A stretch of 61,460 bases of DNA, counting the filler, from Bdellovibrionota bacterium (GTDB lineage: Bacteria > Bdellovibrionota > Bdellovibrionia > Bdellovibrionales > JAEYZS01), in NCBI GenBank assembly GCA_963169515.1. It is 4 parts of 4 records of this genome, joined end to end, with 100 filler letters (N's around TTAATTAATTAA, not from the genome) between each part and the next. Parts side by side here need not be neighbours in the genome. Positions count along the whole stretch, not along the records: positions 36,012 to 55,110 come from CAUJEF010000030.1; 3 more parts are not named here. The stretch is one strand, 5' to 3'. Shown in pieces: positions 41,598 to 50,415 of this stretch; position 1 is the stretch's first letter, and every line of letters begins with the position of its first letter. Under the pieces are notes generated by a model. The model did not search any database, had not been told where the DNA came from, and saw only the letters and a list, made by a program, of their open reading frames with translations. A program made the translations under genes and the position numbers.

Positions 41598-42887
41598 ATG
41601 GATATTAAGTCTCTTCGGGGTATGAACGATGTCGTCGCTCCGGAAATTTATTTATGGCACAAGGTCGAAGCTGTCATTCGCAGTGTTTCGGAGCGCTTTG
41701 GCTATTATGAAATGCGTACACCGTTATTAGAAAGTACCCAGCTCTTTAAACGTGGGGTGGGTGAGGGAACGGACATGGTACAAAAAGAAATGTACTCGTT
41801 CAATGATAAGAGCGGTGAAAATATTTCTTTGCGCCCAGAAGGCACGGCAAGTGTTGTGCGCGCAGTTGTAGAACACAACCTATTGCGCGAAAATCCAGTT
41901 TCAAAAATTTATTATCAGGGCCCAATGTTTCGCCACGAGCGCCCACAAAAAGGACGTTTCCGTCAATTCAACCAATACGGAATAGAATTATTTGGTGTCG
42001 CAGAGGCCGCCGCCGACATTGAGGTGATTGCGCTTGGTCAGACCCTTTTGAATGAATTGGGAATTGCAGAAAATATCAAGCTTCACCTAACAAGTATTGG
42101 TTGCAACAATTCCGATTGCCGCCCGGAGTATCAAAAAATATTAGTGGCAGAGCTTTTGAAATATGAAAGCAATTTGCCTGAAGATTTTCGTCCACGAATC
42201 AAAACAAACCCAATGCGGATTTTTGATCAAAAAGATGAAAAATCAAAATCCATTTCTGCCAAATTACCTCGATTTACAAAAGAACATTTGTGCGCAGCCT
42301 GTAAAAACCATATTGGCGAAGTCGAGGATGGATTGAAAAATTTAGGTATAGATTATGCTTACGATGAAGCGATCGTGCGCGGAATTGATTATTACAATCG
42401 TACGGCCTTTGAATTTGTAACTTCAGAATTAGGAACCCAAGGGACTGTGTGTGGCGGGGGACGTTACGATGGCCTTGTGAAATCATTTGGTGGGCCCGAT
42501 GCGCCTGGTATCGGTTTTGGCTTGGGGATGGAGCGCGTGATTATGATGATCACACAAAAATCAAAAATCGAAGAACCGCGTTGCGACTTGTTTTTGGCTT
42601 ATGCCGACGCGGCTGGAAAGGCTTTTTGTTTCCGTATTGCCCATGAATTGCGAGCAGAGGGGCTGACGGTCGGCGTAGAATTGAGTGGCAAATCTGTGAA
42701 AGCACAGTTGAAGTATGCAGACAAATTAAAAGCAAAGTTCTGCGCCGTTATTGGCGAAAGTGAATTAAATAATTTAGAAAAAATAAAAATAAATGATATG
42801 CGCGAAGCCAAATGGCAGGAGCGTACAGATTCAGCAAAGGAAAAATTTCCGTTAGTGAAGTCGTTGTTGCGAGGAGATAAAAAGTGA
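41598..42887 (+). CDS. hisS: Histidine--tRNA ligase
   Basis: LRPEGTA, FRHERPQKGRFRQF, VRGIDYY, GGGRYDGL. Confidence 0.98.
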   Translation: MDIKSLRGMNDVVAPEIYLWHKVEAVIRSVSERFGYYEMRTPLLESTQLFKRGVGEGTDMVQKEMYSFNDKSGENISLRPEGTASVVRAVVEHNLLRENPVSKIYYQGPMFRHERPQKGRFRQFNQYGIELFGVAEAAADIEVIALGQTLLNELGIAENIKLHLTSIGCNNSDCRPEYQKILVAELLKYESNLPEDFRPRIKTNPMRIFDQKDEKSKSISAKLPRFTKEHLCAACKNHIGEVEDGLKNLGIDYAYDEAIVRGIDYYNRTAFEFVTSELGTQGTVCGGGRYDGLVKSFGGPDAPGIGFGLGMERVIMMITQKSKIEEPRCDLFLAYADAAGKAFCFRIAHELRAEGLTVGVELSGKSVKAQLKYADKLKAKFCAVIGESELNNLEKIKINDMREAKWQERTDSAKEKFPLVKSLLRGDKK

Positions 42888-44701
42888 AATTCGTTTCAGA
42901 AGTAAAGCGTACACATTATTGTGGTGATCTGAATGCCAAGCACGAAGGTCAGGAAGTTGTCGTCATGGGTTGGGTCAATGTTCGGCGTGATCACGGCGGC
43001 ATGATTTTTATCGATCTGAGGGATCGTACCGGGCTATTGCAAATTGTATTGAACCCGAAAGAAGCGGCAATGTCTGTTGCAAAAGATTTTCGCAATGAAT
43101 TTGTCATTGCAGCAAAAGGCAAGGTGAAAAAGCGTCCGCAGGGGATGGTCAATTCGAAACTTCCAACTGGTGAAATCGAGGTCGTTTGTGTGGAAAGCGA
43201 TATTTTGTCAAAAGCCAAAACGCCGCCATTTGAAATTTCAGACACGAATGTTTCTGAAAACTTGCGCTTAAAATATAGATATTTAGATTTGCGCTCTGAA
43301 AACTTACAAAAAAACCTGATCGTACGGCATAAATTCTGCCAATTGGTGCGAAATTCGTTGAGCGAACAGGGATTTCTCGAAATAGAGACTCCAATTTTGT
43401 ATAAAAGCACGCCTGAAGGTGCTCGCGATTATTTGGTTCCCTCGCGAGTAAGCCAAGGCAAATTTTATGCGCTTCCCCAGTCTCCACAAACGCTCAAGCA
43501 GTTGTTGATGATTTCCGGAATGGATCGTTATTTTCAAATCGCACGCTGTTTTCGTGATGAAGATTTGCGCGCCGATCGTCAGCCTGAATTTACCCAAGTT
43601 GATATTGAGATGAGCTTTGCCGATGTCGAAGATATTTTACAAGTAAATGAAAAGCTGGCGCGAGATGTTTGGAAAGGCATCAAAGGTGTCGAGATTGGAA
43701 AAATTCCGAGAATGACTTTTAACGAAGCCATGAATCGTTATGGAATTGACAAACCTGACACGCGATTTGGAATGGAGTTAAAAGATCTAAATTCGATCGT
43801 AAAGGGTTCCGGATTTAAAGTGTTTGAAGACGCTGTTCAACGGGGCGATTTTGTCAAAGGCATAGCCGTTCCCAAGGGTGGCGAGTTTCCAAGAAGCCAG
43901 TTTGATAAGTTGACTAAAATAGCGCAGCAGATGGGTGCAAAAGGTCTTGTTTGGATTAAAAACGCAAGTGATGAATGGGCGTCCCCAATAGCAAAATTTG
44001 TAAGCGAAGATAAACTAAAAGAAATATTTTATGGCACTGGCGCAAAGCAGGGTGATGCTGCATTGATTGTGGCGGACAACTTCAATGTCGCGTGCGCGGC
44101 TCTTGCACATATTCGGGTGACACTTGGTCACGAGCTAAAATTGATCGACACGTCAAAGGATGCATTCTTATGGGTGCTCGATTTCCCGCTTCTTGAATAT
44201 GACGCCGAAAACAAAAGATGGGCTGCTCGACACCACCCATTTACGTCCCCACAAAATCAGCACATGGACGCAATGTTAAGGGGCGATGAAAAGGAATATG
44301 GAAATATTTTGGCAAAAGCCTATGACCTTGTTTGCAATGGGTACGAGATTGGCGGTGGCAGTATCCGAATTCATCGCGAAGAATTGCAAAAAGCAATGTT
44401 TCGAGCCCTTGGATTATCTGAAGAAGAAGTTATTAATAAATTCGGATATTTTAACGAAGCTTTACAGTATGGGACACCCCCGCACGGTGGCGTTGCATGG
44501 GGTGTGGATCGCGTCGTCATGATTTTGTGTGGGACGGATGCGATTCGTGACGTGATTGCATTTCCGAAAACGGCAAAAGCATCGGATCTGATGTCGGAAA
44601 CTCCAAGTGAGGTATCGCAGGAACAGCTACTCGAGCTGGGAATTCGACTGGGTCCTTCGGCAGAAAAGGCTTTGCGTGAATCACGTGGTGAAAAAGAATG
44701 A
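42884..44701 (+). CDS. aspS: Aspartate--tRNA ligase
   Basis: RTHYCG, LPQSPQ, CFRDEDLRADRQPEF, PPHGG. Confidence 0.98.
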   Translation: MKFVSEVKRTHYCGDLNAKHEGQEVVVMGWVNVRRDHGGMIFIDLRDRTGLLQIVLNPKEAAMSVAKDFRNEFVIAAKGKVKKRPQGMVNSKLPTGEIEVVCVESDILSKAKTPPFEISDTNVSENLRLKYRYLDLRSENLQKNLIVRHKFCQLVRNSLSEQGFLEIETPILYKSTPEGARDYLVPSRVSQGKFYALPQSPQTLKQLLMISGMDRYFQIARCFRDEDLRADRQPEFTQVDIEMSFADVEDILQVNEKLARDVWKGIKGVEIGKIPRMTFNEAMNRYGIDKPDTRFGMELKDLNSIVKGSGFKVFEDAVQRGDFVKGIAVPKGGEFPRSQFDKLTKIAQQMGAKGLVWIKNASDEWASPIAKFVSEDKLKEIFYGTGAKQGDAALIVADNFNVACAALAHIRVTLGHELKLIDTSKDAFLWVLDFPLLEYDAENKRWAARHHPFTSPQNQHMDAMLRGDEKEYGNILAKAYDLVCNGYEIGGGSIRIHREELQKAMFRALGLSEEEVINKFGYFNEALQYGTPPHGGVAWGVDRVVMILCGTDAIRDVIAFPKTAKASDLMSETPSEVSQEQLLELGIRLGPSAEKALRESRGEKE

Positions 44702-45627
44702 AAATTGCGGCCATCGTTAACCCCAAAAGCGCCGGTGGGAAGACCTTTAAGATTTGGAAAAAAATTAAGGTTCAAGCGCTCAAGCGACTGGGTCCGTTTG
44801 AAGAAATTATTACCCGTTCTCCGCAGGAAGCCACGGGGCTAGCGCGTCAGCTTGTAAAAAATAATTTTGATTTGATCATGATTGTGGGTGGGGATGGCAC
44901 CATCCATGAAGTCATAAACGGCCTATTAGATGCTGATGGAAAGGTTATCAATCCCAACATCAAACTAGGCATTGTTAATAGTGGCAGCGGTTGTGATTAT
45001 ATTAAGAGCCTACATCTACCGACCGATCCGCGGGAAAGTCTTTCCGTGATCGTTGACGGTCATACACGTAAAGTGGACGTGGGTTGTGCAAAAATTAGGG
45101 ATAAGAAGGGTGGCAACACAGTTACCCGATATTTTATAAATTCATTTTCTTACGGTTTGGGGGGCGACGTAGCCCATGATCTTTCGATTAAAAAATCCTT
45201 TCTGCCGACAACGCTAAAATATTTTGTAGCCTCTTCCTTGAAATTTTTTTTGGCAAAACCCTATGGATTTAAAGTTTTCGTAGGTGAAAACAAAAAAGAG
45301 ATTCCGGGGCCATTTGTAAATTTATTCGCCTGCAACGGCCGATTTTCGGGTGGTGGGATGTATTGGGCCCCGCAGGCTCAGGTTGATGACGGAAATCTAG
45401 ATCTGGTTTTGGTTCGTGACATAGCAAAATGGAGGCTCGCACTTATCGGTCACAAGATATATGACGGAACTTTCCAAACGATTCCTGAAGTCACCCACCA
45501 GGCGGCTAATAATATCCATGTAATTTCAGATAAGCCGAGCTGGGTCGAACTGGACGGGGAAATTTATATGGCAGAGGAATTTGAGCTTACAGTTATTCCA
45601 CGGGTTCTCGAATTTATGGTTCCGTAA
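44698..45627 (+). CDS. Diacylglycerol/lipid kinase family protein (YegS-like)
   Basis: NPKSAGG, GGDGTIHEVING, GSGCD, ELDGE. Confidence 0.92.
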   Translation: MKIAAIVNPKSAGGKTFKIWKKIKVQALKRLGPFEEIITRSPQEATGLARQLVKNNFDLIMIVGGDGTIHEVINGLLDADGKVINPNIKLGIVNSGSGCDYIKSLHLPTDPRESLSVIVDGHTRKVDVGCAKIRDKKGGNTVTRYFINSFSYGLGGDVAHDLSIKKSFLPTTLKYFVASSLKFFLAKPYGFKVFVGENKKEIPGPFVNLFACNGRFSGGGMYWAPQAQVDDGNLDLVLVRDIAKWRLALIGHKIYDGTFQTIPEVTHQAANNIHVISDKPSWVELDGEIYMAEEFELTVIPRVLEFMVP

Positions 45628-45734
45628 TATCTAGACCGGCTAAACATACAGACGTAGGTACAGTTTCTGTTTAAATATTAAAGCACGATTTGTCTCATTC
45701 CGAAACATTGTATGAACGCACAGGAGGTGCAACC

Positions 45735-46211
45735 GTGGAAAAAGTTAGCAAGATAGTTCCGAGTAATTCAAGAATTGAATCTGTGGATCTATCAAAAAAC
45801 AAAAGTGGTCGCTTAAAGTTACCAGGTATGGGCCGCGACACGGTTTTACCGTCAGAGCGGTTGCCGGGATCAAATTTATCTGCGATAGATCGATTAAAAC
45901 TTACTGACGAATTTAAAGCTTTAAAGCCGGACGAGGCCCGTCGGGTCCAGATAGCTGAAAAAGCGCAAAATGATTTTTTTGTCACATATAATCAGCGGGG
46001 AGCTTTGCCGCCAAAATTAAATTTAGAAATGGTGTCCAACGATGAAACGCCTACAGTTTCAGCAGAGGCCCAAAATCTCAATCTGAGCAATGCAAATAAA
46101 AACGAGGAGTTCGAAGAAGTGCCTGAATCTGGGGTCGTACCGAGCTCAACTTCTTATGATGAATCGTCGATAGATAGTGGTACAGAAAACAATCTATCTT
46201 TATACGCATAA
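45735..46211 (+). CDS. Hypothetical protein with acidic C-terminus
   Basis: GTG after CAGGAGG RBS; open frame. Confidence 0.6.
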   Translation: MEKVSKIVPSNSRIESVDLSKNKSGRLKLPGMGRDTVLPSERLPGSNLSAIDRLKLTDEFKALKPDEARRVQIAEKAQNDFFVTYNQRGALPPKLNLEMVSNDETPTVSAEAQNLNLSNANKNEEFEEVPESGVVPSSTSYDESSIDSGTENNLSLYA

Positions 46212-46225
46212 CAGGGGGTTAAGCT

Positions 46226-46693
46226 GTGTCAATGTTAGCTCGGTACAAAAAACAAGGCGGATTCGAACAACTTCTAAATCTTATTGAAACAAGCAATCCT
46301 AAGAAGCAAGAGACATTTTTGAAATTAATAGGTGAAGAAAGCAAGCCTACCGTTGATTTGATTCGCGAAAAAATGTTGTCGCCGGATAAAATTTTTAGCT
46401 GGGAACAAAGCTTTTTAATCGAGATCACGACACAAATTCCTGTTAAGGTATTGGCAATTTGCCTGTACGGTCGTTCGCCGGAAATTGTAACAAAAGCCAT
46501 TGCGACATTCACCCATATGCAAAAGCAAGAAATTCAAGCAATGATGAATGATAAAAAACCAACACCTGGAGAGGTTGATGCCGCGAATATGAAGCTGATT
46601 CAAACAGTGCGTGGTTTAAACAAAGCGAAAGTCATTCGTTTGGAAAAAATTGATCCAAAGCTCGATTTTCCAATGGATCTAAAAGTCGCCTAG
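46226..46693 (+). CDS. FliG C-terminal-like domain protein
   Basis: EVDAANMKLIQTVRGLNKAKVI resembles the FliG C-terminal helix; recognition only. Confidence 0.6.
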   Translation: MSMLARYKKQGGFEQLLNLIETSNPKKQETFLKLIGEESKPTVDLIREKMLSPDKIFSWEQSFLIEITTQIPVKVLAICLYGRSPEIVTKAIATFTHMQKQEIQAMMNDKKPTPGEVDAANMKLIQTVRGLNKAKVIRLEKIDPKLDFPMDLKVA

Positions 46694-47782
46694 TGGATCT
46701 AATGTTATTCCAAAACTTTCCATTCCAGAAAGTTTGTATATTCCCTTTAACACTCGCTCTCGGTTTTCATTAAAGCCGAGAACAATTAGGTTTTGAATAC
46801 TGATAAAAATAAGCTTTCGTATCGCCTCAAGACTCCACTGAGGTGCGCCAAGTTGGATTAACATTTCCAGTCGTAAAAGCGCTTCCTGTGGATGGCTTGC
46901 GTGCAGGGTCCCAAGGCTGCCGGCGTGTCCGGTTGAAAGTGCAAGCAAAAGATCTTTTGCCTCCATTCCACGAATTTCGCCGATGACGATTCGATCAGGT
47001 CGCATACGAAGCGCTTGTCTGAGCAAATCTGACAAATCAATTTTAGCCAAAATATTTTGCGAATCTTCCCTGGTAAGGATTTTTGTGCTGCACGTGTTTG
47101 GAACTCTTAATTCGTTTGTATCTTCCAATATCAAAATACGTTCATTTTCTTTGACTTCTGCCATTACAGCATTGAGCAAGGATGTTTTCCCAGTACCCGT
47201 GGGCCCAATGACGAGCATATTTTTTTTCTTTTGAATCAAAGACTTGATTGTCTCAATATTCCTTTCTGATGCCCAGTTTATGCTTGAAAATTCCTTCAGC
47301 GTCCACGCAGATTCTTTATGTTTTCTGATTGATAATAGCGCAGAGCCTTCCGTAACTGCAGATCCTGAAATGTGAATGCGCAGATCGCCAATGGTTTCAC
47401 ATAGAAAGGGTTTATCCAATGTTGTCTGACCATGCATCCATCTGGAGATCCTTTGAATAAAGTTTTGGTAACTGGTATCTGTCAGAAATTGGTCATCGTG
47501 GCGCTGAAAAACACCGTTACGTTCATACCAAATAAAATCCGACCTGTTCACTATAATTTCTGTAACGGACGGATCGTCAATCAAAGATCTTAGGGGCCCG
47601 TATCCGAAAAACTCGGCCTCAATCCGGCTTTTTAGCGGTTCAGGAATGTTAAAAAGCTCTTCGTGAATAATATGCTCTTTGTCTGCTTCGATGTGTGAAT
47701 TTAAAACTGAAACGTCAAAGGTTCTGAAATCTTGCAGTTTTATTTGTATTTTTTCAGCTATTTGAATTGCTTCAGAAGTCAT
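46679..47782 (-). CDS. cpaF: Tad/Flp pilus ATPase (CpaF/TadA)
   Basis: GYGPL...DPSVTEI, GPTGTGKT, LEDTNEL, LRMRPDRIVIGEIRG, TGH...TLHA. Confidence 0.92.
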   Translation of the reverse strand: MTSEAIQIAEKIQIKLQDFRTFDVSVLNSHIEADKEHIIHEELFNIPEPLKSRIEAEFFGYGPLRSLIDDPSVTEIIVNRSDFIWYERNGVFQRHDDQFLTDTSYQNFIQRISRWMHGQTTLDKPFLCETIGDLRIHISGSAVTEGSALLSIRKHKESAWTLKEFSSINWASERNIETIKSLIQKKKNMLVIGPTGTGKTSLLNAVMAEVKENERILILEDTNELRVPNTCSTKILTREDSQNILAKIDLSDLLRQALRMRPDRIVIGEIRGMEAKDLLLALSTGHAGSLGTLHASHPQEALLRLEMLIQLGAPQWSLEAIRKLIFISIQNLIVLGFNENRERVLKGIYKLSGMESFGITLDPLGDF

Positions 47783-49073
47783 TTTTGTCCCATTCTTTTG
47801 GGGTTTGAAATGTAGTGTCAATGGAACTTTCAAGAATCACTCGAGGAGAAAGAAAAATAACCAGATCGGTTCGATCTTCCAAAAAATCTTCGCTTGAAAA
47901 CAGTTGGCCGAGAATCGGAATATTTGATAACCCAGCAATGCCCGATCGAGATTTTCCCCATTGTTGCTTAATCAAACCAGAAAGGGCCACTGTCTTTGCA
48001 GAAGCAAGATCAATGTGGCTTTCAACTCGATTAACAAGTAGCCCAGGCACTCCATCAATTGCTTGGCTTTGATCAATCAATGACACCTCGGTGTTTATAT
48101 ACAGACTCATTCGTCCGCTTACATCGGCAAGGGGCTTTATGTTTAAAACAATTCCATGCTTTTTCCATTCAACAAAGCTTGTTTTAAAATTTTTAACCTT
48201 GACCGGAAATTCTCCGCCGGCAAGGAAATTGGCCTCTTTACCACTGCGACAAATTAGGCGCGGAGATGCCAAGACTTTTGCTAAGCCCCGATGCTCCATG
48301 GCTTTAAGGGTTGCCGAGAACTGGGCCGGATCTATAGTTAGTGTCTTGGCAGTAGAAAATGTCGCAGTTGCTTGAGTGGGCCAGTCGATCCCCAAGCTGC
48401 GATATTCATTTCGCTTGAGCTCGGCAATTTGCACCAGTATCTCGATCATGGGTTCTAGGCTGACCCCCTTAGAATCTTTTTCGACTGAAAACCCATAAGG
48501 GCCGAGAACCTGTTCAAAACGCTTAGTCAGGTCTTCAAAATCTTTGGATAATAATACCTGAGCTTCCGGCTGTAAAACGAGCGTCGGTTGTGGAAGTCGG
48601 CTTTTCAAAATTAGTTTTTGAAAATATTCTCGTGCGATCTTTTCAGTGTCGGGTGACAATTTTGCCTTGAACGACCAGAGTGCTTTGTGTTCTATTGCGA
48701 TTTCTGCCATTCGTATCCAATCTGACATCCGAAGAAGTTCTCCCTGGACAGAGACTCCGTCAGGCGTAACGAAAATCTCTAGGCCCAAAAAACTTTCAAT
48801 TAATGGCTTTATCTTCCCGTACGATGAATAGATCTTTTCTTGTATGACCAGAACGTCCCAAGAGTTTCCATCTATCCGAAGTGTCGCGTTCCCAGCAGCT
48901 TTCCCTGTTAAAATTATTCCATTTCCCATTTCTCGAATTTTGGCGATTCTAGAATTTGACAAATGGATTTGAGAGCTTGGTTTAATTGCAAGCCTATCGC
49001 TCTTTCCAATCGCGAGAATGATTTGATCCGCTTGGGTTTGAAATGATAACAGTAGCGCAAATATTACAGCCAT
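47772..49073 (-). CDS. cpaC: Tad pilus secretin (CpaC/RcpA)
   Basis: Signal peptide, LASPRL..SGKEANFLAGGEFP, LSNIPILGQLF, LVIFLSP. Confidence 0.9.
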   Translation of the reverse strand: MAVIFALLLSFQTQADQIILAIGKSDRLAIKPSSQIHLSNSRIAKIREMGNGIILTGKAAGNATLRIDGNSWDVLVIQEKIYSSYGKIKPLIESFLGLEIFVTPDGVSVQGELLRMSDWIRMAEIAIEHKALWSFKAKLSPDTEKIAREYFQKLILKSRLPQPTLVLQPEAQVLLSKDFEDLTKRFEQVLGPYGFSVEKDSKGVSLEPMIEILVQIAELKRNEYRSLGIDWPTQATATFSTAKTLTIDPAQFSATLKAMEHRGLAKVLASPRLICRSGKEANFLAGGEFPVKVKNFKTSFVEWKKHGIVLNIKPLADVSGRMSLYINTEVSLIDQSQAIDGVPGLLVNRVESHIDLASAKTVALSGLIKQQWGKSRSGIAGLSNIPILGQLFSSEDFLEDRTDLVIFLSPRVILESSIDTTFQTPKEWDKNDF

Positions 49074-49143
49074 GCATACTGGTATTCAAAGCCTCAGGGC
49101 CAGCCAAAATGCATCTTGGTTGAGCTGACGATTAATTTGTCCG

Positions 49144-50226
49144 CTATTCGGCCAGTGGAAAATCAAATGAACATATAATTTTGTTTGCTGAGCTTTTTAT
49201 TTTAAGCTCTGATCCCTGTAGCTTTAACAATGACTGACAGATACTCAAGCCCAGTCCGATACCTTTTGAGTGGTGCATGATGTCTTCATTTGTGGCGAAC
49301 GGTTGCAGTATTTTTTCAATTATTTCTTTTGAAATTTGCCCCGTATTTTGGATTTCAAAATGAAAAGTGTTGTCTATTTTTTTTGTTTCTATTTTTATGG
49401 ATTTAGAATCGGCCCCATGCTGAATTGCATTTTGAATCAATCGTGTCATGACATTTTCAGTTAACTGCGGGTCAGCTTTAAAATTTAAATCCGCCAATTG
49501 AAAATCAAGCGGATGCTGTTCGGCAGTCTTTTCGACAACCTTTTCAACAAGCTTCTTATCGCTGATCTTTTGTAATTTCACTTTGGTTTGCCCTGTTTCG
49601 CTCGATACAAGCTCAAGCACGTCCAGAATAATGCGTTCCAAACGGTCTGTGCTTTTTTTGATTCGGTCGATATATTTTTTCTGATCTTCGTCTAATTTCG
49701 TATCTTTCAGAAGATCTAAAAAACTGATCAATGTTGTAAGGGGTGTTTTCAATTCATGGTTGATTAAAATCATGAAATTGCTTTTGGCTTTGTCCAGGCT
49801 TTGAAGTTCCTGGTTTGCCTTCTCCAGGGCGATATTTTTCACTCTAATTTCCTGGGCCATTTCAAATCGCTCGATCGCTCGATCGACGGCAAGGCTCAGC
49901 TCGCGGGAATCCCATGGCTTTGTAACGTATCGATAAATTTGCGCTGAATTGATCGCATCAACGACAGAATCAATATCAGTGTAACCTGTAAGCAAAATCC
50001 GAACTGCGTTTGGATTGATTTTGATGGATTTTTCTAAAAATTTTACGCCCGTCATTTCTGGCATACGTTGATCGGTGATGATCAATGAAATAGAATTCTC
50101 TTTTAATAATTTTAGGGCCTCTGCGCCAGACTTTGCTTTCAGGACATTATATTTTTTACGAAATAGACGCTCGAGAGAATCTAAAATGTCCGGTTCGTCG
50201 TCTACACATAAAATATTGTGCTTCAT
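49144..50226 (-). CDS. Hybrid receiver-histidine kinase (REC-HisKA-HATPase)
   Basis: VDDE, DQRMP, KPW; NHELKTPL; NAIQH; GIGLGL. Confidence 0.93.
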   Translation of the reverse strand: MKHNILCVDDEPDILDSLERLFRKKYNVLKAKSGAEALKLLKENSISLIITDQRMPEMTGVKFLEKSIKINPNAVRILLTGYTDIDSVVDAINSAQIYRYVTKPWDSRELSLAVDRAIERFEMAQEIRVKNIALEKANQELQSLDKAKSNFMILINHELKTPLTTLISFLDLLKDTKLDEDQKKYIDRIKKSTDRLERIILDVLELVSSETGQTKVKLQKISDKKLVEKVVEKTAEQHPLDFQLADLNFKADPQLTENVMTRLIQNAIQHGADSKSIKIETKKIDNTFHFEIQNTGQISKEIIEKILQPFATNEDIMHHSKGIGLGLSICQSLLKLQGSELKIKSSANKIICSFDFPLAE

Positions 50227-50368
50227 GTTTTCCTAAAAACTCCAAAGGATAAATCGTAATTCTTTAATTTTAGAGGGAAAGTTTGACCTTATAAACTTTA
50301 AAAAGGGTCCTTAAGATGTAAGTGGGGGCGGCAGACTGGACCAAGGGCGGGAAGAGGGTCCGTAATTT

Positions 50369-50395
50369 TAAGGTAAGGTGCAATTCTGTCGATAG
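50369..50395 (+). promoter_or_regulatory. Putative sigma-28 promoter
   Basis: TAAG-N15-GTCGATAG versus consensus TAAA-N15-GCCGATAA, 20 nt upstream of ATG 50416. Confidence 0.55.
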
Positions 50396-50415
50396 TTTAA
50401 CTAAGGAATAATACA

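Noticed and set aside
45679..45706. Sigma-28 promoter TAAA-N16-TCCGAAAC
   Set aside because: Spacing is off by one and the -10 match is weak; not called
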